Positions 18,570 to 26,797 of a stretch of 64,000 nucleotides of DNA are shown one piece after another. This stretch comes from an uncultured virus (IMG/VR IMGVR_UViG_3300030099_006786) (lineage: Duplodnaviria > Heunggongvirae > Uroviricota > Caudoviricetes). The notes below the pieces were generated by a model. That model was given only the letters and a program-made list of their open reading frames with translations, searched no databases and was not told the DNA's origin. Both the position numbers and the translations under genes were made by a program. How positions within the stretch are numbered: the stretch's first letter is position 1; each line of letters starts with the position of its first letter. Where the stretch lies: the IMG/VR virus record IMGVR_UViG_3300030099_006786. One strand, written 5' to 3'.

Positions 18570-18618
18570 GATGTGATTCTCCAGTTGAGAGTGTTTTAGT
18601 TCTTTGCCTTACTCTATA

Positions 18619-18685
18619 AATATAACACCGGAATGCTTTAGAGTCAAGTTATTTATTGTCAAGCGAATGTCAAGAGATTTGTCAA
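18619..18685 (-). promoter_or_regulatory. Composite early promoter with three upstream boxes
   Basis: TTGACT-17-TG-TATATT; boxes +15/+26/+38. Confidence 0.85.
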
Positions 18686-18691
18686 TTAAGA

Positions 18692-18778
18692 TGGTAGCTG
18701 ATGCGGGACTCGAACCCGCAAGCCCATCCGGGCGACAGATTTTAAGTCTGTTGTGTATACCAATTCCACCAATCAGCC
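18692..18778 (-). tRNA. tRNA-Leu(UAA)
   Basis: Cloverleaf, ACAGA-CTTAAAA-TCTGT anticodon arm, long variable arm, TTCGAG, encoded CCA. Confidence 0.95.
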
Positions 18779-18799
18779 ATTTCATCCTCTTACTCTAAT

Positions 18800-18854
18800 A
18801 ATATAACCGCCTGACCCCCGCCTGTCAAGGCGAGAGTTGTCAGGGAAATGTCAA
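18800..18854 (-). promoter_or_regulatory. Composite early promoter (tRNA-Leu)
   Basis: TTGACA-17-TATATT; boxes +15/+26. Confidence 0.85.
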
Positions 18855-18856
18855 GC

Positions 18857-19750
18857 TCAGTTGACATTATCATAGTGCTCGGTCAATCCGAGATCCTTTA
18901 TGATTTCCTTAGTAATTCCAGATGGATACGCATAGTCCCATGCGCGCTGGACAGCATGCTTATTGCCCTTAGTTGGAAATACTTGCTTTATAGCCTTGTC
19001 AAGACTTTGCTCAGTTGGCTGGAGCCAACCCTTCGGTGGGTCGAGTGCAGGGACCAGCGAAGAAGGCGGAAGATCGTCGCCCTCGGCGGCTGCGTAACGC
19101 AGTGCGGTATCGTTAGCTTGCACTAATTTACTAATCTGATCGCGGGAAGTATATGGCGACTGGTTTGGTGCACCGAGTTTGCGCGCATCAACATGTTTGA
19201 CAATTAGAATAGGGCGGTTTGCGTGGCAGTCATCCCAAAGAACCGACTGAACATAACGCAGAGTTAGAATATCACGACGCCATTCACCGCTTAAATCGTA
19301 GCCTGTTGAGCGGATCGGAATCATCGAGCCCACACCGATACCTGTTTCACGCGCGGACTCCAACGCGGCGATGCGTATGCGACGTGTTTCCTCAATGAAA
19401 ATTTGTTTATCGACCTTGACAGCTTCACAGGTGCGGCGCGTGTGACCCTTGATGCCGCAATAACCACAAGTCACTTTCTTCATGCGTTCAGCTTTCGCTG
19501 CCTTGTTGGTGACTTTCTTGCCAGTAGCAAGGTCAATCTTGGTACGCTTGATATACTCCTGACGCTTGGCTTCAGCGCGCTCGGTATACCACTCAGCATC
19601 TTGTTCCTTTCCATCGGCGCGGGATTGTTCGGCCATAGAGATAGCGCCCTCGTACTGACTTTTGATTTGTGCTGAGAGTGATGGACACTTGCGTTTGTTG
19701 TGACCGCGTTGATAGCAATGTGAGCAGGTGACAGTACCAGACCAAGACAT
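18857..19750 (-). CDS. Protein with two CCHC zinc knuckles
   Basis: CSHCYQRGHNKRKC and CGYCGIKGHTRRTC. Confidence 0.85.
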   Translation of the reverse strand: MSWSGTVTCSHCYQRGHNKRKCPSLSAQIKSQYEGAISMAEQSRADGKEQDAEWYTERAEAKRQEYIKRTKIDLATGKKVTNKAAKAERMKKVTCGYCGIKGHTRRTCEAVKVDKQIFIEETRRIRIAALESARETGIGVGSMIPIRSTGYDLSGEWRRDILTLRYVQSVLWDDCHANRPILIVKHVDARKLGAPNQSPYTSRDQISKLVQANDTALRYAAAEGDDLPPSSLVPALDPPKGWLQPTEQSLDKAIKQVFPTKGNKHAVQRAWDYAYPSGITKEIIKDLGLTEHYDNVN

Positions 19751-19775
19751 ATAATTTTCTCCTTTCTATACTTAT

Positions 19776-19829
19776 AATATAACAACCTGACAGCAAAGGT
19801 CAAGGTAAATTATGTCAAGCGGTTGTCAA
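19776..19829 (-). promoter_or_regulatory. Composite early promoter
   Basis: TTGACC-16-TG-TATATT; boxes +15/+26. Confidence 0.8.
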
Positions 19830-19991
19830 GAGATCCACATTTTTCTCGAAACACCATTCCTTGTGACCGGGACCGAAAAGCGATAGGCCCTGTGTAGTCC
19901 ATAGAACATGGATGCCAATATCGCCGCGTACTTCAAGTATAACGCCGATTTGCTCAGTAAGAAAATGTTTAACAATATCACCTACTTGCAT
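19815..19991 (-). CDS. VGDLV-family small protein (58 aa, not in track)
   Basis: MQVGDIVKHFLTEQIGVILE...VLW...EW. Confidence 0.8.
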   Translation of the reverse strand: MQVGDIVKHFLTEQIGVILEVRGDIGIHVLWTTQGLSLFGPGHKEWCFEKNVDLLTTA

Positions 19992-20127
19992 TGACTAACT
20001 CCAATTTATCCCACTTGAAAGACTCGCCAGTGTGCAAGTGAATCCACGGTCGCGCCCCATCTTCGATGTGTACGACAATCGCCACGGTGCCATCATAAAT
20101 AATTTTAACTAAATCACCGACTTTCAT
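19978..20127 (-). CDS. VGDLV-family small protein (49 aa, not in track)
   Basis: MKVGDLVKIIYDGTVAIVV...LELVNASR. Confidence 0.8.
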   Translation of the reverse strand: MKVGDLVKIIYDGTVAIVVHIEDGARPWIHLHTGESFKWDKLELVNASR

Positions 20128-20245
20128 TTGTATTTTTCTCTCCGTTCAATTTAGACTTTATCCACATCCCGACGAATGGGGCAGACCCGGCTAAAGCAAA
20201 CAAGGCGTTCCATTCGCCATGACAATTAAACACGTGTTCGAGCAT
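20114..20245 (-). CDS. Small hydrophobic protein (43 aa, not in track)
   Basis: MLEHVFNCHGEWNALFALAG...NESR; overlaps both neighbours. Confidence 0.65.
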   Translation of the reverse strand: MLEHVFNCHGEWNALFALAGSAPFVGMWIKSKLNGEKNTNESR

Positions 20246-20396
20246 TGATCACCCTCAAGTGTTGTGGCTGAAAGGCACACACACGATTGTTACGGGTCAG
20301 CATGACACAATACAAATCGGATACTTTTAAGTATTCAACAATGATACCGGTGCCACAACTCCCCGTCAAACATCTAACTAAATCACCAACTTTCAT
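20226..20396 (-). CDS. VGDLV-family small protein (56 aa, not in track), probably leaderless
   Basis: MKVGDLVRCLTGSCGTGIIVE; ATG 6 nt after -10. Confidence 0.8.
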   Translation of the reverse strand: MKVGDLVRCLTGSCGTGIIVEYLKVSDLYCVMLTRNNRVCAFQPQHLRVINARTRV

Positions 20397-20402
20397 ATAT
20401 AT

Positions 20403-20456
20403 AATATAACCCCTCCAGCTATAATGTCAATTAAGGTTGTGTCAAGGAATTGTCAA
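20403..20456 (-). promoter_or_regulatory. Composite early promoter
   Basis: TTGACA-16-TATATT; boxes +15/+26. Confidence 0.8.
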
Positions 20457-20667
20457 CGAGTGAAAGGTGCTGGCTACATTCGGTATCTGGCTCTGGTGAG
20501 CCTGCCCACAAAACTTTAACGTCACGATTACCGGTATACTTTCCAGTCTCGATAATCAGGCCAATGTGAACAGACTGGGGCCCAGTGCCAAGATGAACTT
20601 CGGCTAATCCACCTTTAAGCCATCGGGCGCGCTGATGCCAATAAGTTACCAGATCACCGACTTTCAT
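20431..20667 (-). CDS. VGDLV-family small protein
   Basis: MKVGDLVTY...IGLIIE...VKVLW. Confidence 0.8.
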   Translation of the reverse strand: MKVGDLVTYWHQRARWLKGGLAEVHLGTGPQSVHIGLIIETGKYTGNRDVKVLWAGSPEPDTECSQHLSLVDNSLTQP

Positions 20668-20843
20668 TTGACAGCCTCTAAAAACTGCGAGCGAACAGTA
20701 TCGCGAACCCCGTCAGTCCACTGGACAACAAAGGTGTCACCTGTGAGTACACCACGACTAATGTTTTTGGCTAACCGTTCAATTATCAAGCCTATGCGAC
20801 CGGGATGCTCCCACGGACGCTCTACCAAATCACCGACTTGCAT
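20664..20843 (-). CDS. VGDLV-family small protein (59 aa, not in track)
   Basis: MQVGDLVERPWEHPGRIGLII...FVVQWTDG. Confidence 0.8.
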   Translation of the reverse strand: MQVGDLVERPWEHPGRIGLIIERLAKNISRGVLTGDTFVVQWTDGVRDTVRSQFLEAVK

Positions 20844-21027
20844 TCACTACCTCCAAAAATTGCGAGCGAATAGTGTCGCGAATTCCATCAGACCATTGTA
20901 CGACAAAGAAGTCACCTGTTTGCCTACCATATGTGAAATCCTTGGGAAGTTGACTAATCACTAACCCAATACGCGCATTATTTGACCATTGATTATATGA
21001 TCGCTTTACTAAGTCACCGACTTGCAT
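20830..21027 (-). CDS. VGDLV-family small protein
   Basis: Start moved to MQVGDLVKRS behind GGAGG. Confidence 0.8.
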   Translation of the reverse strand: MQVGDLVKRSYNQWSNNARIGLVISQLPKDFTYGRQTGDFFVVQWSDGIRDTIRSQFLEVVNASR

Positions 21028-21184
21028 TAAGTACCTCCAAGAATCGACTACTTTCAATCTTGGGTTTGGACTCATCTGTCCACATCACCCACACGTCATC
21101 ATCTTTAGCCCACCGCTTTCTGCATGGACCCATCACAAGGCCAATTGAACCTCTCCAGCTTACCAATGTTCCGACTTTAAGCAT
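21014..21184 (-). CDS. VGDLV-family small protein (56 aa, not in track)
   Basis: MLKVGTLVSWRGSIGLV...VWVMW...LEVLNASR. Confidence 0.8.
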   Translation of the reverse strand: MLKVGTLVSWRGSIGLVMGPCRKRWAKDDDVWVMWTDESKPKIESSRFLEVLNASR

Positions 21185-21186
21185 GT

Positions 21187-21387
21187 TCACGCGGTCACCT
21201 TCTTTAGATCATAGTCCCACATATTGTCACTCACGCCTCCGCAAGTCCACACAACCTTGAACACATGGTTACCAGTGGCGCGCGGTTCATCGACTTTAGC
21301 CACAATGATGCCCTTGTGACCCGAAGGATAATAGCCCCGCGTGTCTCCATGTATAAATATCGACTCGACCAGATCACCGACTTTCAC
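21187..21387 (-). CDS. VGDLV-family small protein
   Basis: GTG start KVGDLV...GIIV...KVVW. Confidence 0.8.
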   Translation of the reverse strand: MKVGDLVESIFIHGDTRGYYPSGHKGIIVAKVDEPRATGNHVFKVVWTCGGVSDNMWDYDLKKVTA

Positions 21388-21556
21388 TAACCACCTCCAT
21401 ATCGTTGCACTTTACAAAGCCTGATGATCTTTTGTGCGGCCAGTAAACTTGTGCAATTTCTGATCCGTCACGCAGCACCTTCATAACGATACCAACGCGC
21501 GCGCGGTGTCGGTCCATAGTATATTTGCTTTTTACAATGCTTCCAACTTCTAACAT
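21374..21556 (-). CDS. VGDLV-family small protein
   Basis: MLEVGSIVK...VGIV...QVYW...EVVSESR. Confidence 0.8.
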   Translation of the reverse strand: MLEVGSIVKSKYTMDRHRARVGIVMKVLRDGSEIAQVYWPHKRSSGFVKCNDMEVVSESR

Positions 21557-21575
21557 ATCTCTCCCTTACACTTAT

Positions 21576-21630
21576 AATATAAGACCGCGAAGCGGTTTCG
21601 GCAAGTTTTTTCTTGTCAAGCAAATGTCAA
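21576..21630 (-). promoter_or_regulatory. Composite early promoter
   Basis: TTGCCG-17-TATATT; boxes +15/+26. Confidence 0.75.
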
Positions 21631-21806
21631 GAAGAATTAATAACCTTCAACCATTTTCTCGGCTCCCATGTTGAAACTGCGTCAGTTATCCACCATACTT
21701 CAACATTCGGTGGAGGCCCATCACGTGAATCATGTGGAGCCCTTAAAATAATTCCAGTTTCCATTACAATTGAACCGGGCATACACACCAAATCACCGAC
21801 TTTCAT
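21627..21806 (-). CDS. VGDLV-family small protein (59 aa, not in track)
   Basis: MKVGDLVCMPG...GIIL...VEVWW...WEP. Confidence 0.8.
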   Translation of the reverse strand: MKVGDLVCMPGSIVMETGIILRAPHDSRDGPPPNVEVWWITDAVSTWEPRKWLKVINSS

Positions 21807-21951
21807 TTACTAATTCCACCATCGAAAGAATACACCAGCTTGTACGCCCATCGTTCCATGAGATAAGCAGCTTACTATCTCCTGCTTTGACCACTACGCC
21901 AAGCATGCCCGACTCAGAACGCCGATGGCGTACCAGATCACCGGCCCTCAC
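21793..21951 (-). CDS. VGDLV-family small protein (52 aa, not in track)
   Basis: MRAGDLVRH...LGVVV...ISWNDG...VNESR. Confidence 0.8.
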   Translation of the reverse strand: MRAGDLVRHRRSESGMLGVVVKAGDSKLLISWNDGRTSWCILSMVELVNESR

Positions 21952-22147
21952 TTAACACCTCCAGCCAGCCTTCAGGCTCCCACTCGAAACTATTGCTTCC
22001 GTTAAACCATTTAATACCAATTTGTGCGGGTGTTGTGGAATATGCTTTAGGTTCCCTTGCCAGCACAATGCCAATAAGTCCAGTATCGTGAGTATACATC
22101 GTCACCAGATCGCCAATTTTGACGCGCTTTTCGTGGTATCCCCTCAT
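21938..22147 (-). CDS. VGDLV-family small protein
   Basis: VKIGDLV...IGIVL...IKW...WEP..LEVLSEGR. Confidence 0.8.
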   Translation of the reverse strand: MRGYHEKRVKIGDLVTMYTHDTGLIGIVLAREPKAYSTTPAQIGIKWFNGSNSFEWEPEGWLEVLSEGR

Positions 22148-22428
22148 CGCTCACCCAAAAAAATACGGTCAGCAAATCGCTTTGCGTTGCGAAGGTTGCC
22201 TAAATCATTAACATCCCTGACTTGATTATCTTCTTCGTCATTCATGCGGGCAACGGATTCACGCATATACTTGCGTAAAACTTTAATAAACTCAATTTTA
22301 CCAAATGATTCTCGATGAGTTACGCCATGCGATGAGTCAACATATTGCTCATGCATCATGCGTGCGATTTTTAGTGCGGCCTTGATGCCTTCTCTATCCT
22401 CGGAATCTATTACAATTGTCATTTTCAT
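22144..22428 (-). CDS. Hypothetical early protein, probably leaderless
   Basis: ATG 6 nt after TATAAT, no RBS. Confidence 0.75.
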   Translation of the reverse strand: MKMTIVIDSEDREGIKAALKIARMMHEQYVDSSHGVTHRESFGKIEFIKVLRKYMRESVARMNDEEDNQVRDVNDLGNLRNAKRFADRIFLGER

Positions 22429-22434
22429 AATAGT

Positions 22435-22489
22435 ATTATACCTTGTTTGTGTATGTTTATCAATGTCGCGCTTGTCATGCGTTTGTCAA
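22435..22489 (-). promoter_or_regulatory. Composite early promoter
   Basis: TTGATA-17-TATAAT; boxes +15/+26. Confidence 0.8.
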
Positions 22490-22525
22490 AAGGAAAATTT
22501 TACCGAGAAAAAATCGCGCGATCGG

Positions 22526-23185
22526 CTATGAAACTTTCTTACTGTTAACCCGGCCCTTTTTTACAAATCTTTCCTCAATCCAAAACGTATTTGTGGAGGC
22601 GATAGGCAAAATCCTATACCGCTTGGCTCCCTTCGCTGGTGACAACACCGTGCCATGGTCAACCTCCAAAATCATACCGCCTAAGTTTCTGAACCTGTGG
22701 TACGCTTTATATTCTACCAATTGAGACTTGTTGCACTCGCGGATCTTAGCATGCGTGCAAAGAGAATTAGCAACGACGTGATCCCCGACTGCGAATCGGG
22801 CGGGGCGCTTACTCTCTGCTACAATCTTTTTGGCATACTTGTTATTATACATCTTAAAAAATGTTCGATAGTTTGGCACGTTGCCAGAAAGAATAACGGA
22901 GGCCAATTGTGTGTAATACCCTGAGTGCGTGTAATACTTCGCCAACAGAACAGCATCATTAACATACTTTTCGCGATACTCGACAGACCAATTTTTTAGT
23001 TTCTCAACCTCATCTAAACTATTCTGCTCAAAGACTTTAGTTAAAACTTCAAATTGTTTTTCTGATAGTTTGCGACCACGATTAAGTTGCTCAACAATAC
23101 TCTCACAAAAACCCAATGACCAATCAGACATTGTTGGTCTGTTTGTTATTTCATTAATCTTTTCAATCAATGCCTGATTAGTCAT
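22526..23185 (-). CDS. Hypothetical protein with C-terminal VGDLV-like domain
   Basis: Start moved to MTNQAL behind GGAG; FAVGDHV...GMIL...WIEERFVK. Confidence 0.8.
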   Translation of the reverse strand: MTNQALIEKINEITNRPTMSDWSLGFCESIVEQLNRGRKLSEKQFEVLTKVFEQNSLDEVEKLKNWSVEYREKYVNDAVLLAKYYTHSGYYTQLASVILSGNVPNYRTFFKMYNNKYAKKIVAESKRPARFAVGDHVVANSLCTHAKIRECNKSQLVEYKAYHRFRNLGGMILEVDHGTVLSPAKGAKRYRILPIASTNTFWIEERFVKKGRVNSKKVS

Positions 23186-23211
23186 TGTAAGTCTCCGTTT
23201 ATTATATAGAT

Positions 23212-23255
23212 AATATAACAAGATTTTACATTAATGTCAAGTCAACTAAATGTCA
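23212..23255 (-). promoter_or_regulatory. Composite promoter, +5/+16 subtype
   Basis: TTGACA-17-TG-TATATT. Confidence 0.8.
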
Positions 23256-23256
23256 G

Positions 23257-24405
23257 CTACACGTTAGGGTAAAGTGAATCATCACGTGAGAATTGCATAA
23301 TCTTGTATTTAATGATCTCAATCTCATCGGCGTCCCACTTAACATAACGATATGAACTGGTGCGGCCGCGATTCTTATTCTTAAATACTTCATTCCACTT
23401 TGTCATTAATGCGGCTGCACCATAAGTGGCATAGTTATTTGAAGAATCAAAACATAGTTCGGTTGACCAATTAGTCAGTGCGCCAAGTTTCGGAGAACTG
23501 TCGCGAACAAGAGCCATAAATTCTTTTAGTCTCTTATATCCCTCTTTACCGCTGGGTATACGATTTTTACTGACGTGAACAAAAGCTGTAATCGCCTCCA
23601 ACGCTGAAACTGGAATTTCATCAATGCCCACAAAAGTAGTTTTGATTAAATCAATCGCCGTTGAAATGTTTGGTGCTCGTTTTTCACCCCACGCGACATC
23701 CTTGTGATCGCCGCCAACATTACGAATAATACGTTGCAGCGTTGAGATACCTTCGACAAGCGGCTTATCACTACTTTTGTTAAGGTGGTCAAAGCAAAAG
23801 CCACTTGAATTAGCAATACTCCATGTATCGCATGCCATGTTGTGACGGTTGTGACTACTATCTAAAAGCTGCTGAAGAAATTTGTCGTATGATGAAATAG
23901 ACGCATTATATTTGTCTTGAGCGTTGAAAAGACGGCGGCTATCCGCAACATCTTTCACAATGCGAATGGTCGCAGGCACCATAAATACACCATTAAGATA
24001 TGCCGCAGTACCTCGGCCACCACCATCACGGATAATAAACACATCTTCGTGAATTAAATAATCAACATCAATTGGCTGAAATTGCATTGGATCAAATTTC
24101 TTGGCAATTCCAAGAATCTTATTTTTGCGTGAACGCTCAGACAAAGCATTACGCTGGCCGTGATCCTCTCTGATCTCAGCCTTGCGAATATCGAAAAGAG
24201 TTGGTTTGTAGTTTTCGTGAAAAATACCGTCAAATGAAGGCACAACCTGTGGGCCTCTCTTTAATTTCCACTCTTCAAACTCGTTAGAGATTTCAGGGTA
24301 ATCTTGAATGTTTTGCTCGATAGTGTATCGAACCCGCTTATTGGCGGTTGCTTGTTTATACTGAGGCGTTACCTCGGACGTATATTGTGGTTTTAATTTT
24401 GGCAT
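23257..24405 (-). CDS. ParB-like N-terminal domain protein
   Basis: FDPMQFQPI...IRDGGGR..AA; AAGGAG RBS. Confidence 0.6.
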   Translation of the reverse strand: MPKLKPQYTSEVTPQYKQATANKRVRYTIEQNIQDYPEISNEFEEWKLKRGPQVVPSFDGIFHENYKPTLFDIRKAEIREDHGQRNALSERSRKNKILGIAKKFDPMQFQPIDVDYLIHEDVFIIRDGGGRGTAAYLNGVFMVPATIRIVKDVADSRRLFNAQDKYNASISSYDKFLQQLLDSSHNRHNMACDTWSIANSSGFCFDHLNKSSDKPLVEGISTLQRIIRNVGGDHKDVAWGEKRAPNISTAIDLIKTTFVGIDEIPVSALEAITAFVHVSKNRIPSGKEGYKRLKEFMALVRDSSPKLGALTNWSTELCFDSSNNYATYGAAALMTKWNEVFKNKNRGRTSSYRYVKWDADEIEIIKYKIMQFSRDDSLYPNV

Positions 24406-24490
24406 AATAATATCTCCTTTTAATCTAAATTATATAAATTGCCGACACGAAATTATATCGCGTCTGTACGAAGCTCTATCGTACTTTACT

Positions 24491-24518
24491 ATTATAACAA
24501 ATAATCATCGTTTGTCAA
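24491..24518 (-). promoter_or_regulatory. sigma70-type promoter
   Basis: TTGACA-16-TG-TATAAT. Confidence 0.75.
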
Positions 24519-24545
24519 GAAAAAATAATTTTTATTTGAAATGAA

Positions 24546-24622
24546 TGGTGGGCTCTGTGGGACTTGAACCCACGACCATGCGGTTATGAGCCGCGTGCTC
24601 TGACCAACTGAGCTAAGAGCCC
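24546..24622 (-). tRNA. tRNA-CAU, most likely Ile2 (lysidine type)
   Basis: GGGCTCTTAGCTCAG..., CTCATAA loop, TTCAAG, CCA; body resembles bacterial Ile2 rather than fMet. Confidence 0.9.
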
Positions 24623-24629
24623 TCAAAAT

Positions 24630-24800
24630 TTACCTACACAGCGGCGGCTTGGCAAACAAGTGGATACCTTCGCGTGGTTCCCAGCCATGTCTTTTAATGT
24701 AGTTTTCCTTTGCCTGTTTTCCGTCAGCACCTTCAGCAATACCTATCGCGGTATACTTTCTATTTTCAATGTCATATTCCATAATTGTGTAATCAAGCAT
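24630..24800 (-). CDS. Hypothetical protein (56 aa)
   Basis: Start moved to MLDYTIME behind AGGAG. Confidence 0.7.
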   Translation of the reverse strand: MLDYTIMEYDIENRKYTAIGIAEGADGKQAKENYIKRHGWEPREGIHLFAKPPLCR

Positions 24801-24810
24801 AATTCTCCTA

Positions 24811-25185
24811 TTAGTAAGTTGCTTCTCTCTCAATGTGTATATCAAATCCCCATCCTTGTACTTCGTTGTCATCCATTTCTTCACCGATGCGAACGAAGCG
24901 GTAAAACTCGGCGGCATCAACTTCCTTGCCCTCGATTTCAATACGCTCGGACTCGCACCAATCCAAAAAGTCAGCGATGGCGGCGATTCCTTCATACGAA
25001 TCATACCACTTGATTCCTGCCCAACGGAAAAGGAATGCACCCTTTGTGCCATCATAGTCTTTAATCAACTCATCGTGATCTGCCCAACACATTTCACGAG
25101 CCTCTGGTGATTTTGCCATTGTGACCATAAACTGAGGCATAACTTCTGGTCCGACTGCCAAGATAACCTCTGAACGATAACCCAT
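24811..25185 (-). CDS. Hypothetical phage protein
   Basis: MGYRSEV...IKWY...FVRIGEE; AAGGAG RBS. Confidence 0.8.
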   Translation of the reverse strand: MGYRSEVILAVGPEVMPQFMVTMAKSPEAREMCWADHDELIKDYDGTKGAFLFRWAGIKWYDSYEGIAAIADFLDWCESERIEIEGKEVDAAEFYRFVRIGEEMDDNEVQGWGFDIHIEREATY

Positions 25186-25208
25186 ATGTATTTTCTCCTT
25201 ACACTTAT

Positions 25209-25263
25209 AATATAGCACCCGATGGTACAATTGGCAACCCCTAATTTGTCAACTAAATGTCAA
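25209..25263 (-). promoter_or_regulatory. Composite early promoter
   Basis: TTGCCA-17-TG-TATATT; boxes +15/+26. Confidence 0.8.
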
Positions 25264-25587
25264 CGCCGGAATTGGAGCAACACCACGGGGAACCTCACCC
25301 TCGACAATTCCACCATGTTTAGCAATCACGTTGGTTACGGTTTGGACCGGTACATATCCATAGACAGTTTTTGTGGGCTTGTTAACTTCTTCGGCAAAAT
25401 CAATTAACAGTGGTTCTCTTTCACTTGGAAAACCGATCTCCACAGAAGTATACTTGTCCGCGTCATCCATACGAGGCGAACAATATGCAGTAGCATGCGC
25501 CTGTACGCTCATTTCAAAGCCGTCAGCACAAATGACCCTCTTGTTTCGGGTTGCACCAGCTTCCTTAAAAAATTCATTTACATTCAT
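25249..25587 (-). CDS. Hypothetical phage protein
   Basis: CADGFEMSVQA..YCSPR...VYGYVP. Confidence 0.8.
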   Translation of the reverse strand: MNVNEFFKEAGATRNKRVICADGFEMSVQAHATAYCSPRMDDADKYTSVEIGFPSEREPLLIDFAEEVNKPTKTVYGYVPVQTVTNVIAKHGGIVEGEVPRGVAPIPALTFS

Positions 25588-25877
25588 TTGAAATCTCCTT
25601 TCTTTACAAACTTTAAGTCATTCCTTAGAAAATAGCCATCTGTTCGATGGTGCGACCTGCCATAGCGACTGCCGGGTCCATCTTGCATCCAATTGATATA
25701 GTAAAATGTCTTTTCATTAGTTGAACACTTAATCTTATCAATCCATGGATTTTCTTCAATTCTCATAACTAAGCCTACCAATGGCTTTTTCTGTACCCAT
25801 ATCATATCACGCCAGCGCCACATATCTGCCCTTTGTAAGCAATATGACGAGAGCGTTACCAAATCACCAACTTTCAT
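25584..25877 (-). CDS. VGDLV-family protein
   Basis: Start moved to MKVGDLVTL; VGLV...YINW. Confidence 0.8.
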   Translation of the reverse strand: MKVGDLVTLSSYCLQRADMWRWRDMIWVQKKPLVGLVMRIEENPWIDKIKCSTNEKTFYYINWMQDGPGSRYGRSHHRTDGYFLRNDLKFVKKGDFK

Positions 25878-25999
25878 GTTAGACACCACAAACAGTATCC
25901 AATAACCAATGACGCAGAAACAACGCCAAGCCAACTAATAATCAAAATTGCCCTCTCTGCTCTTTCAATGTCATCTTTGAATGTATTTTTATCCTTCAC
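25874..25999 (-). CDS. 41-aa single-TM protein (not in track)
   Basis: GGAGG RBS, GTG start, ILIISWLGVVSASLVIGYCLW. Confidence 0.6.
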   Translation of the reverse strand: MKDKNTFKDDIERAERAILIISWLGVVSASLVIGYCLWCLT

Positions 26000-26168
26000 T
26001 AATCACCTCCAGCATTTTAATAAATTCAATTGTCTCATCGCCATCAAACCACTTGACCCGACAGGCGCGACGGTTATGATCTGTGTATGTTGCCTTTGGG
26101 CCTATCTCCACCACAATTCCGGTGTGCTCAGGATCATGTCTTCCATGCACTAAACTTCCTACTTTCAT
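25989..26168 (-). CDS. VGDLV-family small protein (59 aa, not in track)
   Basis: MKVGSLV...TGIVVE...RVKWFDG...LEVISEG. Confidence 0.8.
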   Translation of the reverse strand: MKVGSLVHGRHDPEHTGIVVEIGPKATYTDHNRRACRVKWFDGDETIEFIKMLEVISEG

Positions 26169-26506
26169 CCTTGAATCTCCATAGGTTGTGCGTCAATGTT
26201 ATAGCTTCGATCTGCCATTCTGTCCCAACTGATCTCAGTCCAGTCAGAAAAAACCTTCCACAACTCTTTGCTGCTCATCTTCTTCAACTTTTCATGTTCC
26301 CACTCGAACGGTTCAGTTTGTGCGCCGTCAGTCTCGGTGTACGCATAGCAATCGTTCATAACGCGCAGAGCTTCTTCTTTGCTGTCAATGCTGTGAAACT
26401 CCAGTACGTCAGTGATGCACGCTAGCGCACAACCTTTCTCAGTCATGTGAACAGATGAAAACAACTCACCCTCATAGCTGCCTTGTAGTACCCAAACTTT
26501 CATCAT
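26165..26506 (-). CDS. Hypothetical protein
   Basis: AAGGAG RBS after promoter. Confidence 0.8.
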   Translation of the reverse strand: MMKVWVLQGSYEGELFSSVHMTEKGCALACITDVLEFHSIDSKEEALRVMNDCYAYTETDGAQTEPFEWEHEKLKKMSSKELWKVFSDWTEISWDRMADRSYNIDAQPMEIQG

Positions 26507-26528
26507 GATTTTTTCTCCTTATGTATAT

Positions 26529-26573
26529 AAGATAACACAGACAATTCTTAACGTCAAGTCAAGAGAATGTCAA
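26529..26573 (-). promoter_or_regulatory. Composite promoter, +5/+16 subtype
   Basis: TTGACG-17-TG-TATCTT. Confidence 0.75.
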
Positions 26574-26777
26574 CTACCTTCCAACATTCCGTGCGTCGTG
26601 CATGCTACCCACATACTGATAGGCACCCTTATTATAGAGTGGCGCAGTGCACTTCTTCATGCGTTCGGATACTTGATGTGCGTGACTTTCACCACACTCC
26701 AAACAATGCTCATATCCAAGCGCCTTACGCTTAGGGTTAAATTCTTCACCGCAGTCAAAACATTGGGGCCAGTCCAT
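26574..26777 (-). CDS. C4 zinc-finger protein resembling the DksA/TraR finger
   Basis: Start moved to MDWPQ; CFDCGEEFNPKRKALGYEHCLEC. Confidence 0.7.
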   Translation of the reverse strand: MDWPQCFDCGEEFNPKRKALGYEHCLECGESHAHQVSERMKKCTAPLYNKGAYQYVGSMHDARNVGR

Positions 26778-26797
26778 TTTTCTCTCCTTATATACAT

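Noticed and set aside
19815..22147. Diversity-generating retroelement behind VGDLV variation
   Set aside because: No reverse transcriptase; differences in the closest pair are not adenine-specific
24630..25055. 141-aa ORF containing YKDGDLIY as a VGDLV member
   Set aside because: That part overlaps the better gene 24811-25185 out of frame; true start is 24800
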